Position numbers and translations under genes: made by a program. The notes beneath the pieces were generated by a model, which saw nothing but the letters and a program-made list of their open reading frames with translations, searched no databases and was not told the DNA's origin. Of a stretch of DNA of 64,000 nt, positions 63,101 through 64,000 are shown piece by piece. Source of the stretch: Squalus acanthias (taxonomy: Eukaryota); the NCBI GenBank assembly GCA_030390025.1, contig CM059432.1, forward strand, positions 101,248,001 to 101,312,000, read 5' to 3'. Position 1 is the first letter of the stretch, and every line of letters begins with the position of its first letter.

Positions 63101-63565
63101 TGAAAGAAAGACTTGCACGTATGTAGCACTTTGCACAACCACCGGATGTCCCAAAGCGCTTTACAGCCAATGAAGTACTTTTGAAATGTAATCACTGTTG
63201 TAATGTAGGAAATGCGGCTGCCAATTTGCGCAAAGCAAGCTCCCACAAACAGCAGTGTGATCATGACCAGATAATCTGTTTTTGTTATGTTGACTGAGGG
63301 ATAAATATTAACCTGGACACCGGGGATAACTCCCTGTTCTTCTTTGAAATAGTGCCCATGGGATCTTTTACGTTCACTTGAAAGAGCAGACAGGGCCTCG
63401 GTTTAACGTCTCATCTGAAAGAAGGAACCTCCATCAGTGCAGCACTCCCTCAGCACTGCACTGGAGTGTCAGCCTAGATTTTTGAGCTCAAGTCTCTGGA
63501 AGGGGACTTGAATTCTCAACCTACTGACTGAGAGGTAAGAGTGCTACCAACTGAGCCACAGCTGA
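63101..63565 (-). mobile_element. Deu-domain SINE, full length
   Basis: Reverse complement begins cagctgtggctcagttggtagcactc, with the full core and tail. Confidence 0.88.
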
Positions 63566-64000
63566 TGGATATAAGTATAAAGTTGGATTGGAAGGTTTGC
63601 TTTGTAGTGGCTTTTATTTCAGCATTGTGGCCAAGAAGAGGCTGTGATGGTCAGTAACAGAGGGAAGGTATGGTGTGGGACTAATGTGGAAAGGGGAATT
63701 GGGGTTGTGGTCATTGGTACCGCAGGTGGATGATTCGCTGTGCAACGCCGACTTAACGTCACCACTCCGAACTTCGACCCTAGCGCTGAATTCAGCACTG
63801 GGTCCTAAGCATGCCAGGTAAACCTGGCGTTCAAGCAGGCTGACAGTAACAATGTTAGCACCTCTTAAAGGGACACACACATCTTTCAGGTAAGTTTGGA
63901 TTTAAGCTTTTGGACTGTTTTTTTGGGGGATTTTATTGAAGTAGTGACTTGCTGCAATAGATGTTAAATTTTTTTTAAGTATGTAGGGAGTGCTGCTGGA

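Overview
Repeat-dominated vertebrate genomic DNA, most likely from a cartilaginous fish (shark-type CR1 LINEs and Deu-domain SINEs). I recognise no host protein-coding exon, so the window is intergenic or deep intronic. Main contents: (1) a near full-length PIF/Harbinger DNA transposon (6533-10692) with convergent spliced Myb/SANT and DDE transposase genes; (2) three more degraded Harbinger Myb remnants and about a dozen TIR-bounded non-autonomous elements with 3-bp TSDs; (3) six CR1 LINE fragments, two still carrying long RT ORFs; (4) an apparently full-length single-ORF APE-RT LINE whose 5' end is a tRNA-like SINE head, plus a SINE made only of that LINE's two ends; (5) six Deu-domain SINEs; (6) four solo LTRs; (7) L2 and RTE-like relics; (8) two families of short Penelope-like insertions carrying minimal hammerhead ribozyme motifs, one a perfect 210-bp palindrome with a hammerhead on each strand. 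All family names come from reading motifs by eye; no database search was run.
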